From contig OZ244561.1 in assembly GCA_965217585.1 (NCBI GenBank), forward strand, positions 5,824,001 through 5,888,000: a DNA stretch of 64,000 nt, read 5' to 3'. This document shows, piece after piece, positions 30,291-40,884 of the stretch. Source of the DNA: Candidatus Latescibacterota bacterium (GTDB lineage: Bacteria > Latescibacterota > UBA2968 > UBA8231). A program made the position numbers and the translations under genes. The stretch's first letter is position 1. Every line of letters starts with the position of its first letter. The notes beneath the pieces are model-generated. The model saw only the letters and a program-made list of their open reading frames with translations. It was not told where the DNA came from and made no database searches.

Positions 30291-31838
30291 CTAGCCGTAG
30301 CGGATTAATACCTCGACATCGGTTAGAATCAAATCGCAAGCAAGTTGGGGATGGCGTTGCAAGAGAACGACTTCTAAGCGATGGAGGCCACAGGCGGCTT
30401 GGTCGGCCGTGAGCGCGAAGCTGTACCAGGCGGCGGCGCTGACATCGGAGATAGGTTGGGGGTCGCCGCCGTGGCAATAGCTGATATCCGGGTCGGCTAA
30501 TACCTCGCCGTCCCAGCAGCAGCGAATCTGGTCGCCGGCGACCCATTCTTGCAGGCGCAGACGCAGGATAATGGTCGCCGGTGGGTCTGTACTCAGGTCG
30601 TCGGCGAGGTCGAGGTCGAAGTGGGGGCCGGTTTCCTGCATGGTTGGGTAGAGAGGAACGGGTAGGGTTCCACGCAGCCGGTCGTGCTGGTACGCACCGC
30701 GCCACTCCCCGGTGTGCTGGCGGAAGCGGTGGGTCGCGCTGTAGAGCTTGTCTTGGCGGCGCAAGGTCTGCACCGCGCCCACTTGGGTTAGCAACTCGCG
30801 CTTTGAATCGCGATTGGCGTGCCAGTTGAAGGCGTAGATACCGGTCGCGCCCTGGCCGTGATACTGCATGGCTGTGGCCTTGGTGCGCATGTTGTGGCGG
30901 GCCGCTTCGCCTTCGGGACCGGCAGCCGGGCCGGGGACGCCGCCATCGAAACCTGGGTAGAGGGCGATGTCGCGGTCGGCGCAGAGGGCGCGGAAGGCGC
31001 TGACTTCAATGGCTGGGTCGGTAGCGGCGGCACCGGCTGGGAGCAGGATATCGACGAGGTTTTCCTTTACCCAGGTCTCCACATCGTAGCCAATGCGGTG
31101 ACAGCCCTCGATGGAGCCAGCGACGCGAGCCGCTAGGTAAAAGGGCCGGCCGCGCTGTTGGGCTAGTTCGTTGGTTAGTTGCCGCGCCGCTCGCATGAAG
31201 TCGGTGAGGACGTAGCGCAGGCGATAGGCATAGTCGGCGGGGAAGTGGAAGGGGTGGCGTTGCCAGTCGAGTTCGACGCCATCCCAGGGGTAGTTTTGGC
31301 AGACTTCGCGCAAGTGTTGGAAGCGATTCTCGCGCACTTGGGGGATGGCCATATTCCACGACAGGGCAAACCACTCCTCGGTATCCTCGCCGAGCAGCCA
31401 TTCGGGGTGGTCCTTGCGCAGTTGGGTCAGCTCGGAGTGGTGCAAAGTCTGGAGGTCGCTTAGCTGAGCACCGTTGAAGTGATTGTCGTTCATGCGCAGC
31501 GAGGCATAGACGTGCAGGCCGAGTTGGTGGCCGCGGTCGATGAGCGCCTCGTGGGGGTCTTCGCCGCGCTCCAACATGCGGCGGATGTTTTCAGTGTGGG
31601 TGTAGCTAGCGGCGTTCTCATAGCGGCGCTGGTGGAGGTCGCCGACGAATTCGAGCGCGCCGCTTGGCCAGCGCGTGGCGTGTTCGCCCACGCACCAAAA
31701 CAGGGCACCGACTTGGGTGTCTTCGAGAGGGGCATACGTCTTGTCGAGAAAGGCGTCCATGGACTGGGGAACGGGCGAGTAGCCGTGGGGTGCGCCGTCC
31801 CAGTTGTAGATGATGCCGTAGTCAGGGGGATGGGACAT
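30291..31838 (-). CDS. GHL10/DUF187-like putative glycosyl hydrolase
   Basis: IYNWDG, ASLRMNDNH, DGVELDWQR, GATGIYAFN. Confidence 0.68.
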   Translation of the reverse strand: MSHPPDYGIIYNWDGAPHGYSPVPQSMDAFLDKTYAPLEDTQVGALFWCVGEHATRWPSGALEFVGDLHQRRYENAASYTHTENIRRMLERGEDPHEALIDRGHQLGLHVYASLRMNDNHFNGAQLSDLQTLHHSELTQLRKDHPEWLLGEDTEEWFALSWNMAIPQVRENRFQHLREVCQNYPWDGVELDWQRHPFHFPADYAYRLRYVLTDFMRAARQLTNELAQQRGRPFYLAARVAGSIEGCHRIGYDVETWVKENLVDILLPAGAAATDPAIEVSAFRALCADRDIALYPGFDGGVPGPAAGPEGEAARHNMRTKATAMQYHGQGATGIYAFNWHANRDSKRELLTQVGAVQTLRRQDKLYSATHRFRQHTGEWRGAYQHDRLRGTLPVPLYPTMQETGPHFDLDLADDLSTDPPATIILRLRLQEWVAGDQIRCCWDGEVLADPDISYCHGGDPQPISDVSAAAWYSFALTADQAACGLHRLEVVLLQRHPQLACDLILTDVEVLIRYG

Positions 31839-31905
31839 AGGTCAGCTCCTTTGCGAATTGGTGTCAAAGTACGGAGATTGTCAGAGGCGGGCAATGGAGG
31901 TCAGT

Positions 31906-32121
31906 ATGGCGACAAAGTGGATGCTCTGCATGGCGTTGGTCGGTTGCGGACTGGATAATCCCCAAGGGCCGACCGATCTGCCCAAGGATCCGTGGAAGCG
32001 AACCGAGGAGCAGCGGCTGGAAGAGCTTGGGGAACCGTGTAGCGGCCAGCCCTGGGAACGCGGGTTGCTCTGTCCGCGCGGCGTGGCCGATGTCGATACA
32101 ACGAAGTCTCAAGGCGGATAA
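31906..32121 (+). CDS. Small putative lipoprotein
   Basis: GGAGG RBS; MATKWMLCMALVGC lipobox; two further Cys. Confidence 0.6.
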   Translation: MATKWMLCMALVGCGLDNPQGPTDLPKDPWKRTEEQRLEELGEPCSGQPWERGLLCPRGVADVDTTKSQGG

Positions 32122-32133
32122 AGGAGTGCTAGG

Positions 32134-33288
32134 ATGAAAGACAACATACTACAGGCCGTCGATGAGCAACGCCTAATTGATACGGCCAAGGCGCTGATTG
32201 CAGTGCCCAGCCCGACGCTAGACGCCGGCGCGGTGGCTGATGCGTTGGCGTCCATATTAGCTGCGGAGGGATTTGCCGTAGAGCGGCCCCAAGCCGATTG
32301 GCCGCAAGCACCGGCCGTGGTCGCTCGTCTCGACAGCGGCCAGCCCGGGCGGGTGTTGCAATTCGATGGGCACTTGGACACGGTGCATTTGCCCTTTGTG
32401 CCGCCCAAGGTAGCCGACGGCCAGCTCTATGGGTCGGGGGCGTCCGACATGAAGGGGGGAATCGCCGCCTTCGTCGAGGCGCTCAGGGCGTTAAGGGATG
32501 CGGGTGCATTGACCAAGGGGGCGGTCTTACTTACAGCCCACGACCACCACGAAGCGCCTTGGGGCGACCGCCGCCAGCTTTTGGCCTTGATCCGCGAGGG
32601 TTTCGTCGGCGACGGGGTGCTGCTGCCGGAGTATCTGGGCGACGCGTTGCCGGTCGCCGGTCGCGGGATGGCCGTGTTTAGCGTGGAGATCGAGCGCGAC
32701 GGCGAGCCAGTACACGAGGTGCTGCGGCCCGCCGGGCTACCGGACGTGATCGCCGTGGGGGCCGAGGTGGTTTTGCGGCTGAACGCGCTAAACGAGCATC
32801 TGCGCGAGCAAACCGCGCCCTATGTCGGCAGCGACACACTGTTTATCGGCCGGATCGAAGGCGGCCAGCTCTACAACCAAGTGCCAGTCCAATGCCGGAT
32901 TGAAGGGACCCGCCGCTGGATAGCGGCTGGTGCGGGGCCGGCGGCGCGGCGCGAAATGGAGGACCTGCTCGCCGATGTGGCCGAGACAAGCGGCACCCGC
33001 ATCCGGCTCGCGGATTGGAACATGCCCGGCGATGCCTTTGCGGTCGATCAAAGCAGCCCGCTGGTGGGCGCGTTCCAGTCGGCATATGAACAGGTAACCG
33101 GGGCACCGTTGCGCTTAGGCGGCAAGCCCTTCATCGACGACGGCAATGTCTTTATGGCTGCCGGAATTGAGGCCCTAACCCACGGTCCCTGTGCCACGGG
33201 GGCGCATACGACCGACGAGCAGGTGCCGGTGGCCGAGTTGGTGCGGGTGGCGAAGGTGTATGCGCTGACGGCGCAGGCGTTTTGCTAA
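32134..33288 (+). CDS. M20/ArgE-DapE family peptidase
   Basis: GHLDTV, GSGASDMKGG, GAHTTDE. Confidence 0.85.
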   Translation: MKDNILQAVDEQRLIDTAKALIAVPSPTLDAGAVADALASILAAEGFAVERPQADWPQAPAVVARLDSGQPGRVLQFDGHLDTVHLPFVPPKVADGQLYGSGASDMKGGIAAFVEALRALRDAGALTKGAVLLTAHDHHEAPWGDRRQLLALIREGFVGDGVLLPEYLGDALPVAGRGMAVFSVEIERDGEPVHEVLRPAGLPDVIAVGAEVVLRLNALNEHLREQTAPYVGSDTLFIGRIEGGQLYNQVPVQCRIEGTRRWIAAGAGPAARREMEDLLADVAETSGTRIRLADWNMPGDAFAVDQSSPLVGAFQSAYEQVTGAPLRLGGKPFIDDGNVFMAAGIEALTHGPCATGAHTTDEQVPVAELVRVAKVYALTAQAFC

Positions 33289-34568
33289 GCGGCCTCAAGG
33301 GCGCGCGCTGCGGCCGTGCCTCGCTCTTCATCGACGAAGTAGAGGCAGGCTCCGCCCGCGACAAAGAGGATGACGATCGACAAAATCCCCACGCGCGGGC
33401 TGCCGGTCAGCACCCCAATCCAACCGACGAGCACCGGGCCGATGACCGCGGCGAATTTGCCCAGCATGTTGTAAAAGCCGAAAAACTCCGCCGCGCGGTC
33501 GCGGGGAATGAGCCTTGAGTAGAGCGAGCGGCTCAGGGCTTGCACCCCGCCTTGGACTAGGCCGACGGCGATGGCCAAAGCGTAAAATTCCCAGACGGCA
33601 TTCAGAAAGTAGCCCCACACCGTTGCCGCGATATAGACGGCTAGGCCGATGAAGATCCCCTTGCGGGTGCCGATCCGCTCACCGATCCAGCCGAAGGCAA
33701 GCGCCGCGGGGAAGCCCACGAACTGGGTAATGCCCAAGGCGATAAGCAGGTCGTTGGTGGCAAGGCCCAGCGACAGGCCGTAGTCGATGGCCATGCGGAT
33801 GATGGTATCGACGCCGTCGATGTACAGCCAATAGCCGATGAGAAAGACAAAGGTGGTGCGTAGCTGTCGAATGTCGCGGCCGGTGGAGATGAGCTGCCGA
33901 TAGCCGGCCGAGATCGCGCTCCAGCCGCGATGAGCGCGCACCGGCGGCGATTCCTCGACCCACAAAAAGAGCGGCAGCGAAAATCCGGCCCACCAGATGG
34001 CGACCAGCAAAAAGCACACGCGCACCGCCGCGCTGGCATCGGCCAATCCGAAGGTCGTGGGGTACAGGACCATCGCCACATTGACCGCAAACAGCAAGCC
34101 GCCGCCCAGATAGCCGAGGCTGTACCCGAGTGCCGAGACCGAGTCGGACTTGTCGCGCTCGGCCACCTCCACGAGGAGCGCATCGTAAAAAGCATTGCCA
34201 CCGGAGAAGCCGATGGCGGCCAAGACATAGACCACAACCGCTATCTCCCATGCCCCTTCGGCGACCATGTAGAGGCACCCCGTGGCGAGGACTCCCAAGA
34301 AGGCGAAGGCAAAGAGGAATTTGCGCCGGGTGCCGCCTTGGTCGGCAATAGCCCCCAAGAAGGGGGCTAGCAGCACGACGATCAGGCTGCTGAGCGAGTT
34401 GGCCAGCCCCAGTTGTAAGGTGCTCTCGGTGACGTCGCTGCCGGCACTCCAATAGGACTTAAAAAACACCGGGAAGAAGGCGGCGATGACCGTGGTGGCA
34501 AAGGCCGAGTTGGCCCAGTCGTACAAGGACCAGGCGATGATTGGTTTTTTGGCGTTGGTCGCAGGCAT
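33285..34568 (-). CDS. MFS transporter (UMF1/Atg22-like)
   Basis: WSLYDWANSAF, VQALSRSLYS, EFFGFY; about 12 TM helices. Confidence 0.88.
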   Translation of the reverse strand: MPATNAKKPIIAWSLYDWANSAFATTVIAAFFPVFFKSYWSAGSDVTESTLQLGLANSLSSLIVVLLAPFLGAIADQGGTRRKFLFAFAFLGVLATGCLYMVAEGAWEIAVVVYVLAAIGFSGGNAFYDALLVEVAERDKSDSVSALGYSLGYLGGGLLFAVNVAMVLYPTTFGLADASAAVRVCFLLVAIWWAGFSLPLFLWVEESPPVRAHRGWSAISAGYRQLISTGRDIRQLRTTFVFLIGYWLYIDGVDTIIRMAIDYGLSLGLATNDLLIALGITQFVGFPAALAFGWIGERIGTRKGIFIGLAVYIAATVWGYFLNAVWEFYALAIAVGLVQGGVQALSRSLYSRLIPRDRAAEFFGFYNMLGKFAAVIGPVLVGWIGVLTGSPRVGILSIVILFVAGGACLYFVDEERGTAAARALEAA

Positions 34569-34721
34569 AATACCGTCCCCATTCCCCTTTGTGGTTGCCC
34601 ATTTTCTGGCTAGTCCCCATCGCGCCGATACGCTAGGGCACGTATCGCGTAAATATATAGTATAGCAATCCGCAATCATCATTTATAAGATTATCCGCAG
34701 ATGGACGCAGATGGAGGTAGC

Positions 34722-34759
34722 AGATTCTTCGACTCCGCTGCGCTCCGCTCAGAATGACA
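34722..34759 (-). repeat. REP-like palindrome TGTCATTCTGAGCGGAGCGCAGCGGAGTCGAAGAATCT
   Basis: GTCATTC-headed imperfect palindrome in an intergenic region. Confidence 0.65.
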
Positions 34760-34902
34760 GGGTAATTGCAAAACGTAGATTCACCGCGCCTTTAGACGAG
34801 ACTAACCTACTTATGAATGACGTCGGCGTGGTTGCCGCTGGCGTCCTTTATGGATAGCCTAGGGGTCACCGGATTATTTGTCCCTCCAAAGGACGATTTC
34901 TT

Positions 34903-35955
34903 ATGAACGACGAAATGTTCCACCCTGCGACACTTGATGTCGCAGAATGGCTGCGTTTTGACGCGGCGACCAATCCGTATGGGCCGTCGCCCAAGGTCCG
35001 GGAGGCGACGGCCGCCTTTGCCCGCACCGGCGATTTCAGTCGCTACGACGACGAGGAGCGCGCCGAGTCGCTGCGCGGGGACTTGGCGGCGCATTGGGGG
35101 CTTTCACCCGATCACTTCATAGTGTACAACGGGTCTGGGGAAGCCGTGGTGTGGCTTTTCTTGGCGCGATTGCTGCTAGAGCGGCAGCGCCTGCTCATCC
35201 CGTCTCCGTCGTACGAGCGCTTTGTCGCGTTGGGGCAGCGGTGCGCAGCCGAAGTGATTCCGGTGCCGCTGCACGAGGAGGACTTTGCGCTGGTGCCCGA
35301 GCGTTTCATCGAGGCAGGTCGGCAGTCGGGAGCGCGGGTATTACTGCTGAGTAGCCCCAACAATCCCACCGGCAATCTCCTGTGCGACGAGTGGGAGATT
35401 GCGCGTTTGCTCGACGGGTTGCCCGACTGCCTGTGCATCGTCGATGAGGCGTATGCAGACTATGCCGGCCACAGCTGTGTGCCTTGGGTGCAAGAGCGAG
35501 GAAACTTGGTGGTGCTGCGGACCTTTTCCAAAGCATACGGCATGGCTGGTTTGCGGATCGGCTACGCCATTGGGCCTAAACCCATTATCACCGCCCTGAG
35601 TCAGATGCAGGTTCCTTGGGCGGTCAATGCGCTGTCGCTGGTAGCGGCGCGGGCGGCGCTGGCCGACCAAGGCTATTTGCACCAGATCGTCGCCCAGATC
35701 CGCAGCGATTGTCAGGCGCTCTACGAGGGGCTGAATTCACGACCGTGGTTGCGGGCCTATCCGAGCGCGGCGAATTTCTTCTGGGTGCGCTGCGAGGGGA
35801 TCGGCCCAGAGCGGCTGCGGGCGGGTTTGGAAAAACGGCGGATGCGCGCCCGCTGGCGCCAAGACGCGCCCGGTTTTGTGCGGCTTACGTCGCTGCGCCC
35901 CCAAGACAACGAGTATTTGTTGGCGGTGCTCGATGAGATCGGACACGCAGACTAA
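34903..35955 (+). CDS. HisC-like PLP class I/II aminotransferase
   Basis: NPYGPSP, SPNNPTG, DEAY, RTFSKAYGMAGLRIGY. Confidence 0.88.
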   Translation: MNDEMFHPATLDVAEWLRFDAATNPYGPSPKVREATAAFARTGDFSRYDDEERAESLRGDLAAHWGLSPDHFIVYNGSGEAVVWLFLARLLLERQRLLIPSPSYERFVALGQRCAAEVIPVPLHEEDFALVPERFIEAGRQSGARVLLLSSPNNPTGNLLCDEWEIARLLDGLPDCLCIVDEAYADYAGHSCVPWVQERGNLVVLRTFSKAYGMAGLRIGYAIGPKPIITALSQMQVPWAVNALSLVAARAALADQGYLHQIVAQIRSDCQALYEGLNSRPWLRAYPSAANFFWVRCEGIGPERLRAGLEKRRMRARWRQDAPGFVRLTSLRPQDNEYLLAVLDEIGHAD

Positions 35956-35970
35956 CACAAGGGGAGAGTT

Positions 35971-36951
35971 ATGGAATACCGCAATTTGGGCAAGGCCGGC
36001 GTCAAGGTGTCCAAAGTGTGCTTGGGCACGGCTTTTCGCGGCCAGGAGGACGAGGGGGTCTGCATCGAGGTGGTGCAGCGGGCCTTGGACTTGGGCTGCA
36101 ATTTCATCGATACGGCGCTGTATGGTGGGGGACGTTCCGAACAGGTGGTGGGTAAGGCTATCAAGGGACGGCGCGAGGAAGTGGTGTTGACCACCAAAAT
36201 TTTCGGCACCTTGGGCGGTAGCCCCAATCACGTGGGGCTGTCGCGGGTCAATCTGCTGCGGGGTATTGAGGCGTCGTTGCAACGGCTACAGACTGATTAC
36301 GTCGATCTGTACTTGCTGCACAGTTTTGATCCGGTCACGCCGCTGGAGGAGACCTTGGGTGCCCTAGACGACATTGTGCGGCAGGGCAAGGCGCGCTACG
36401 TGGGGTGCTCTAATTTTCCGCCGTGGAAGATTGTCGAGGCTCTGTGGATTTCGCAGCGCGAGCGCTTGGCCTCCTTCGCCTGTATCCAAAATCAGTACAA
36501 TCTGCTCAATCGCTGGGAGATGGAGCCAGAACTGATGCCCATCTGCCGTCAGTTCGGCTTGGGCATTATGACCTATAGCCCACTGGCCATTGGCCTGCTC
36601 TCCGGCCGCTTCCGTCGCGGGCAAGCACCGCCGCCGGGGACGCCGTGGAGCACGGACGAGCTGCGCGGCATGAGTCCGGGTAAATACAATTTCGCCGAGG
36701 CCATGACCGAGCGGGTCGATACCATCGTCCAGACGCTGATCGATATTGGGGCGCAGCACGGCAAGACCCCGGCGCAGGTGGCCATCGCTTGGATTTTAGA
36801 TCACGACGAGATCAGCGCCCCTATTTTGGGGGCTGACGAGCCGGCGCATGTCGAAGAGGTCTGCGCGGGCTTGGACTGGTCCTTGGCACCGGAAGAGCGG
36901 GCTTTGTTAGACGAGGTCTCGGAGGTGAAGGGGCGGCAGAAATACGCCTGA
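35971..36951 (+). CDS. Aldo/keto reductase
   Basis: NFIDTALYG, SLQRLQTDYVDL, GCSN, YSPLAIG. Confidence 0.92.
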   Translation: MEYRNLGKAGVKVSKVCLGTAFRGQEDEGVCIEVVQRALDLGCNFIDTALYGGGRSEQVVGKAIKGRREEVVLTTKIFGTLGGSPNHVGLSRVNLLRGIEASLQRLQTDYVDLYLLHSFDPVTPLEETLGALDDIVRQGKARYVGCSNFPPWKIVEALWISQRERLASFACIQNQYNLLNRWEMEPELMPICRQFGLGIMTYSPLAIGLLSGRFRRGQAPPPGTPWSTDELRGMSPGKYNFAEAMTERVDTIVQTLIDIGAQHGKTPAQVAIAWILDHDEISAPILGADEPAHVEEVCAGLDWSLAPEERALLDEVSEVKGRQKYA

Positions 36952-37054
36952 AGGCGATTGGAGCGACCTTAGACATCGGCTCCCCAAAAAAGTTCAGAGA
37001 GCCTACGCTGGCTTCCAGTTACTAGCCAAAGGCTATCTTCCTCGCCGAACGTAG

Positions 37055-37250
37055 TCATCTCGTCCCAGAGATACTTCGTGATGCCACTCTCTGCGACTCG
37101 TCATCGGTCTTGGGGGGGTGAAGTCCGAGATTCCAGTACAGGGTGGTGACGTAGTGATCGCTTTTGTCCTTGAAGTAGGAAGCGAGGTGCTTCAGGAGTA
37201 CCGATTTTCCGAACCGCGGAGGCCCTACAACACACACGTGCCTCGGCGTT
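37055..37250 (-). pseudogene. P-loop (AAA/STAND-like) ATPase N-terminal fragment
   Basis: VCVVGPPRFGKSVLL Walker A; truncated at both ends. Confidence 0.55.
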
Positions 37251-37420
37251 AGCTTATACCAATTGCCTATTGAAGCGCCATGTTTTCATCGGCTAACGCC
37301 TCGACCGACTCTCGGATCCATTGCCATCCGGTCATCTGTCTGACCTTGTCGGGTGAAGCGGCTAATTCCTTTTCAAGAAAATATAACAATTCAAGGCTCA
37401 AGGCGGCAGATATTGCCTGA

Positions 37421-38013
37421 GAAGCTGTTGAGTTATTCAGACACATTTAGCGACGGTAATTTTTATCATGGCAATGCGAATGATATTTTCGGCGGATTGG
37501 GTGAGGATTTCGCAGTCTTTGGCCAAGCGTCGAAATCCGCCTAGCCACGCCAAGGTGCGTTCGACAATCCAGCGTTTAGGAATCACCTCGAATCCGTGCT
37601 GTGGTTTAGCGGCGATATCGATGCGCAACCCGAACAGGTCTTCGACGAATTCAACGGTAGTACCGCTGTATCCTTGGTCGCCGCAGAAGGCTTCGACCGA
37701 CTCATACTTTTCGGCGACTCGGTCGCAGACTTCCCATCCTTGGCTGGTGTCGGCCACATGGGCGGCATGGACGTGGACGGTGAGCATGTTGCCCAAGGTA
37801 TCCTTTGACCACATAGAAAATGGCATTGACCACATCGCGTTTGGCATACTGGCCCGGATTGCCCCGAGGATCAGGGCGAGCAAAGAAAGGAGCCAGCAAA
37901 GCCCATTCTGCATCGGTCACGTCACTGGGATACCCAGGCATAACACAAGCCTCCTATCGAAAAGAGCCATTGAGACAAATAACATACAAAATAGCTTTTA
38001 ACTCAACAGCTTC
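37421..38013 (-). mobile_element. Internally deleted IS5 relative of the 13852-14711 element
   Basis: Same TIRs; transposase jumps from ...NAIFYVVKG to DTLGNML... at about 37800. Confidence 0.9.
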
Positions 38014-38098
38014 TAAAGACGGCCATGCGCCGAGAAATATCAATGCCTATTCCTATTCCCATCTTGGGTCTCCTTTCTGGATTGCTATGGTATGATGC

Positions 38099-39301
38099 TT
38101 ATTGAGATGCCACGACATTGATGTCATATCGTTGCAAGACATCGTGCGTACGGTAGGAAACGAGCAAGATTTCTGTTCGTCCTGCTTGGCACGCTTTTAC
38201 GTGGAGTTTATAACCGTCCCTGCGGCCCCTCTTGGGGCTATCGTTTCCTTCGGCTGGACAATATCCCCCAGAGGGAGGATCATTCCCTCCGGCAACCTCC
38301 ACAGCTTTATCAGATCCAGACGGGTTGGCTTGGACTAGCACGCTATCAAGGTCGGTGTGGACTGTAAAGGTTTTCCACGTCGGATCGTCGACAGAAAATT
38401 CTACCGTAGACGGATCGGGCGTCAGCCTTGTTTGAGACTCGCTCTCTTCCTCGGATGCGGACACCACTATTGGATCGGGTTCTGAGCGTGTTACTCCCTC
38501 TCCTTTTCGACGTATATCCCATCCGATCCCTTCAAGGGCACACCAAGTGGCTGGTGCTATATTGACCCGTGACAGTGTGACAGCAGCCATCAATGGATAA
38601 TATCCTCCTGGGTCATCAAGATCCCAATGTCCAGTATCCCAACTACCACGAACCTCCCTATCGCATACATAAAAACGTCTCCGCCGTTTTTCTTCTACAA
38701 GATCATCCCACTTAGGAGACGTTCCAAACCCAAGGACATGGAATGTCTCATGCAGAAATACAAGATACCAGTGCGAGAAGGAGCCTATGTGTTCAGCGTT
38801 GTCATATTCTTCGTATAACTCGTCTTCGTAAATCAGAATGCTGACCTCTCCGCTTTCGGGAAGACCATACTTAGAGCCGGTTGTGTGGTAGCGCCCCCCT
38901 CCGATGGCTATTGTGGAAGAGTCAAAAAGATCGTCGTCAGTAGATGTTGCAACATTGACGACAAGGGTCTCGATGCCTTTTGTCGGAAGAATCTTGGCGT
39001 ATATAGTATCCGAAACCAAGTCTAAGGCTTGACGAACTACTACAAAATCTCTCAGAACGTCTCCCCTCGGGATGTTGAATTGTATTTCTAAGCCTTCTCC
39101 ATAGCGATCCTTGGCCCAAGAGTTGGCTTTTGCGGCGGGCAACAAAGTAGAAAAAAGTTGCGAAAAGTCGCAGCCATGCGACCATCTAAGTTCAGGGCCA
39201 ATGCCTGATCCTACGGACCCCGTCGGCGTGTTTTCGTGCTCGCTACACGCGGCCAAAACGGCGGCGGTCATAAAAGACATAAAAACATTCATCACTTTCA
39301 T
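38099..39301 (-). CDS. Lipoprotein Zn-metallopeptidase (leishmanolysin/M8-like) with a shared C-terminal module
   Basis: LAAC lipobox; HETFHVLGF...GHW...LM; C-terminal ~120 aa homologous to the region encoded near 8200-8510. Confidence 0.75.
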   Translation of the reverse strand: MKVMNVFMSFMTAAVLAACSEHENTPTGSVGSGIGPELRWSHGCDFSQLFSTLLPAAKANSWAKDRYGEGLEIQFNIPRGDVLRDFVVVRQALDLVSDTIYAKILPTKGIETLVVNVATSTDDDLFDSSTIAIGGGRYHTTGSKYGLPESGEVSILIYEDELYEEYDNAEHIGSFSHWYLVFLHETFHVLGFGTSPKWDDLVEEKRRRRFYVCDREVRGSWDTGHWDLDDPGGYYPLMAAVTLSRVNIAPATWCALEGIGWDIRRKGEGVTRSEPDPIVVSASEEESESQTRLTPDPSTVEFSVDDPTWKTFTVHTDLDSVLVQANPSGSDKAVEVAGGNDPPSGGYCPAEGNDSPKRGRRDGYKLHVKACQAGRTEILLVSYRTHDVLQRYDINVVASQ

Positions 39302-39660
39302 TTTCCCTCTCTCCTCTCGTTTCAAGTTACGTGTATCTCCAGCGTCTCGCACCTAGTCCCGTTGAGCGCGTTGCTCGTGCCGGGGGCTTAGTTGCGATTG
39401 GTCATTGGGACTCCTGTTCGGAGGCATTGGGAGGATCTATTCCAGCCTTTTCCCAAGCCTGCTTTCCTTCTTCGGTCCAGAAATTCCAAAATTTCAAAAC
39501 ACATGCACGACACCACCTCCCGTTGTCTACGGGACTTCCGGGGAAACCCAAATTCAGAGCGACCGCATTGTCCCAGCTAGTGGAATGCTCCTCTTTTAAT
39601 TCTTCTCCACAAGCAGCAGTAAGCCTTCTTTTTCCATACTTGCCCCGATAAGAGGCACTA

Positions 39661-40816
39661 AGTAGGTGACAAAAAGTTCGTTTACACCAGGTTTATGACT
39701 TCAGCCAGAAATTATCAGCGTAGACGCCGGCTTTTTGCAATCGCTCCTGCGGCCTCAGTTGCCAGATATACTGGCATGCCCTATCGGCGGACTCATCGAT
39801 GGAGGCGGTGGGTTGGTTGGCCAACCCGCGTCCTTTCACCCAACGCCATAAATGATCCATCGCATTCAACTCCGGGGTGGCCCGCGGTAATAGACGAATT
39901 TCCATATTCAGGTCGGCCGCCAACCGCAAACTGCCTTCCGCTTTATGAGGCGAGCCCCGATCTTCAAAGAGGACGATCTGCCATCCGCGCCAGTGGGCGC
40001 GTATGAGACGCAGAAAAATCTGGTGGGTATCTTGCGTCCATTCCTGCGAAATCAGCAGCGCGACCTCGCCACTTTTGATGTTAAGCGCGCCGTGCAGAAT
40101 CCGTTTGGCGCGCTGGCCGGTGATCGGCACCTGCACCGGTTGGCCACGGTGCCCATAACAACTATACAACGGCGGCGTTTCGGTGAGAATGACTTCATCC
40201 AGCATGAGGATTACGGTGCGTTTCCGCGTCGCCAGCCCCTTTTTAACCCGCCTTTGGCTTGCCGCCAAGTCGGCGAGCGCAAGGACAAGGTATGCCGAGG
40301 CCGTTTCCATTTAATATCTAATCGAACCAGCGCTTGGCGGATACTAGACACCGAAACGCAGAGGGTATGCTCTGCGTGTAGATACTGCGCCAATAACGAC
40401 GCGGTCCATACCGTTGAATTGAGGCCGAAAAGACGAGGATCGTGATCGATGACTTCGTCTAGCAGGGGCTCAATCACGCCTTTTACTTTACCCGGTCGTC
40501 CACTGCGGGGGGCGGCTTGAAGGCGCGTCGCCAGATTCGAGATCGACGATTGCTCAAACAGCCGGATCCATTTATAGATGGCTTGACGCGTAACACACAG
40601 GCGTTGAGCAACATGAGTTACCGAATCGCCCGCCGCCACCCAAAGCAGGGCTTGCGCTCGACGTAAGACCATCGCATCCGGGGTTTGGACGACCAAAGCC
40701 TCCAACAAGCGGCGCTCGCGGCGGGGAAGGGAAAACGGAGTCATAAGCGGCCTCCGGGCATACAACTAAGTTTAGAGGGCAAGGGAAAAGTGTCAACGGA
40801 CTTTTTGTTAACTACT
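39661..40816 (-). mobile_element. IS630-family element
   Basis: Imperfect TIRs (AGTAGGTGACAAAAAGTTCGTTTACAC / AGTAGTTAACAAAAAGTCCGTTGACAC) with TA duplication. Confidence 0.9.
39693..40744 (-). CDS. IS630 transposase (HTH ORF + DDE ORF joined by frameshift)
   Basis: RSGRP HTH; LDE, EDRGSPH, PELNAMD; TTAAAAAGGGG slippery site near 40240. Confidence 0.85.
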
Positions 40817-40884
40817 TAGGTTCAAGAATGTGAAGATCTGAAAATTTATTAGTCGGCATCTTATTATTTCCTCTCGTTTCAAGT

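Larger units (their letters stand above)
39402..40859 (-). pseudogene. About 99-aa hypothetical protein (H...C...CxxC) interrupted by IS630
   Basis: Excising the IS and one TA gives MPTNKFSDLHILEPSASYRG...AACGEE...WCRAC...EQESQ*. Confidence 0.78.

Noticed and set aside
34694-34715. CGCAGATGGA tandem dimer as a regulatory site
   Set aside because: Only two copies next to a REP; no function can be supported
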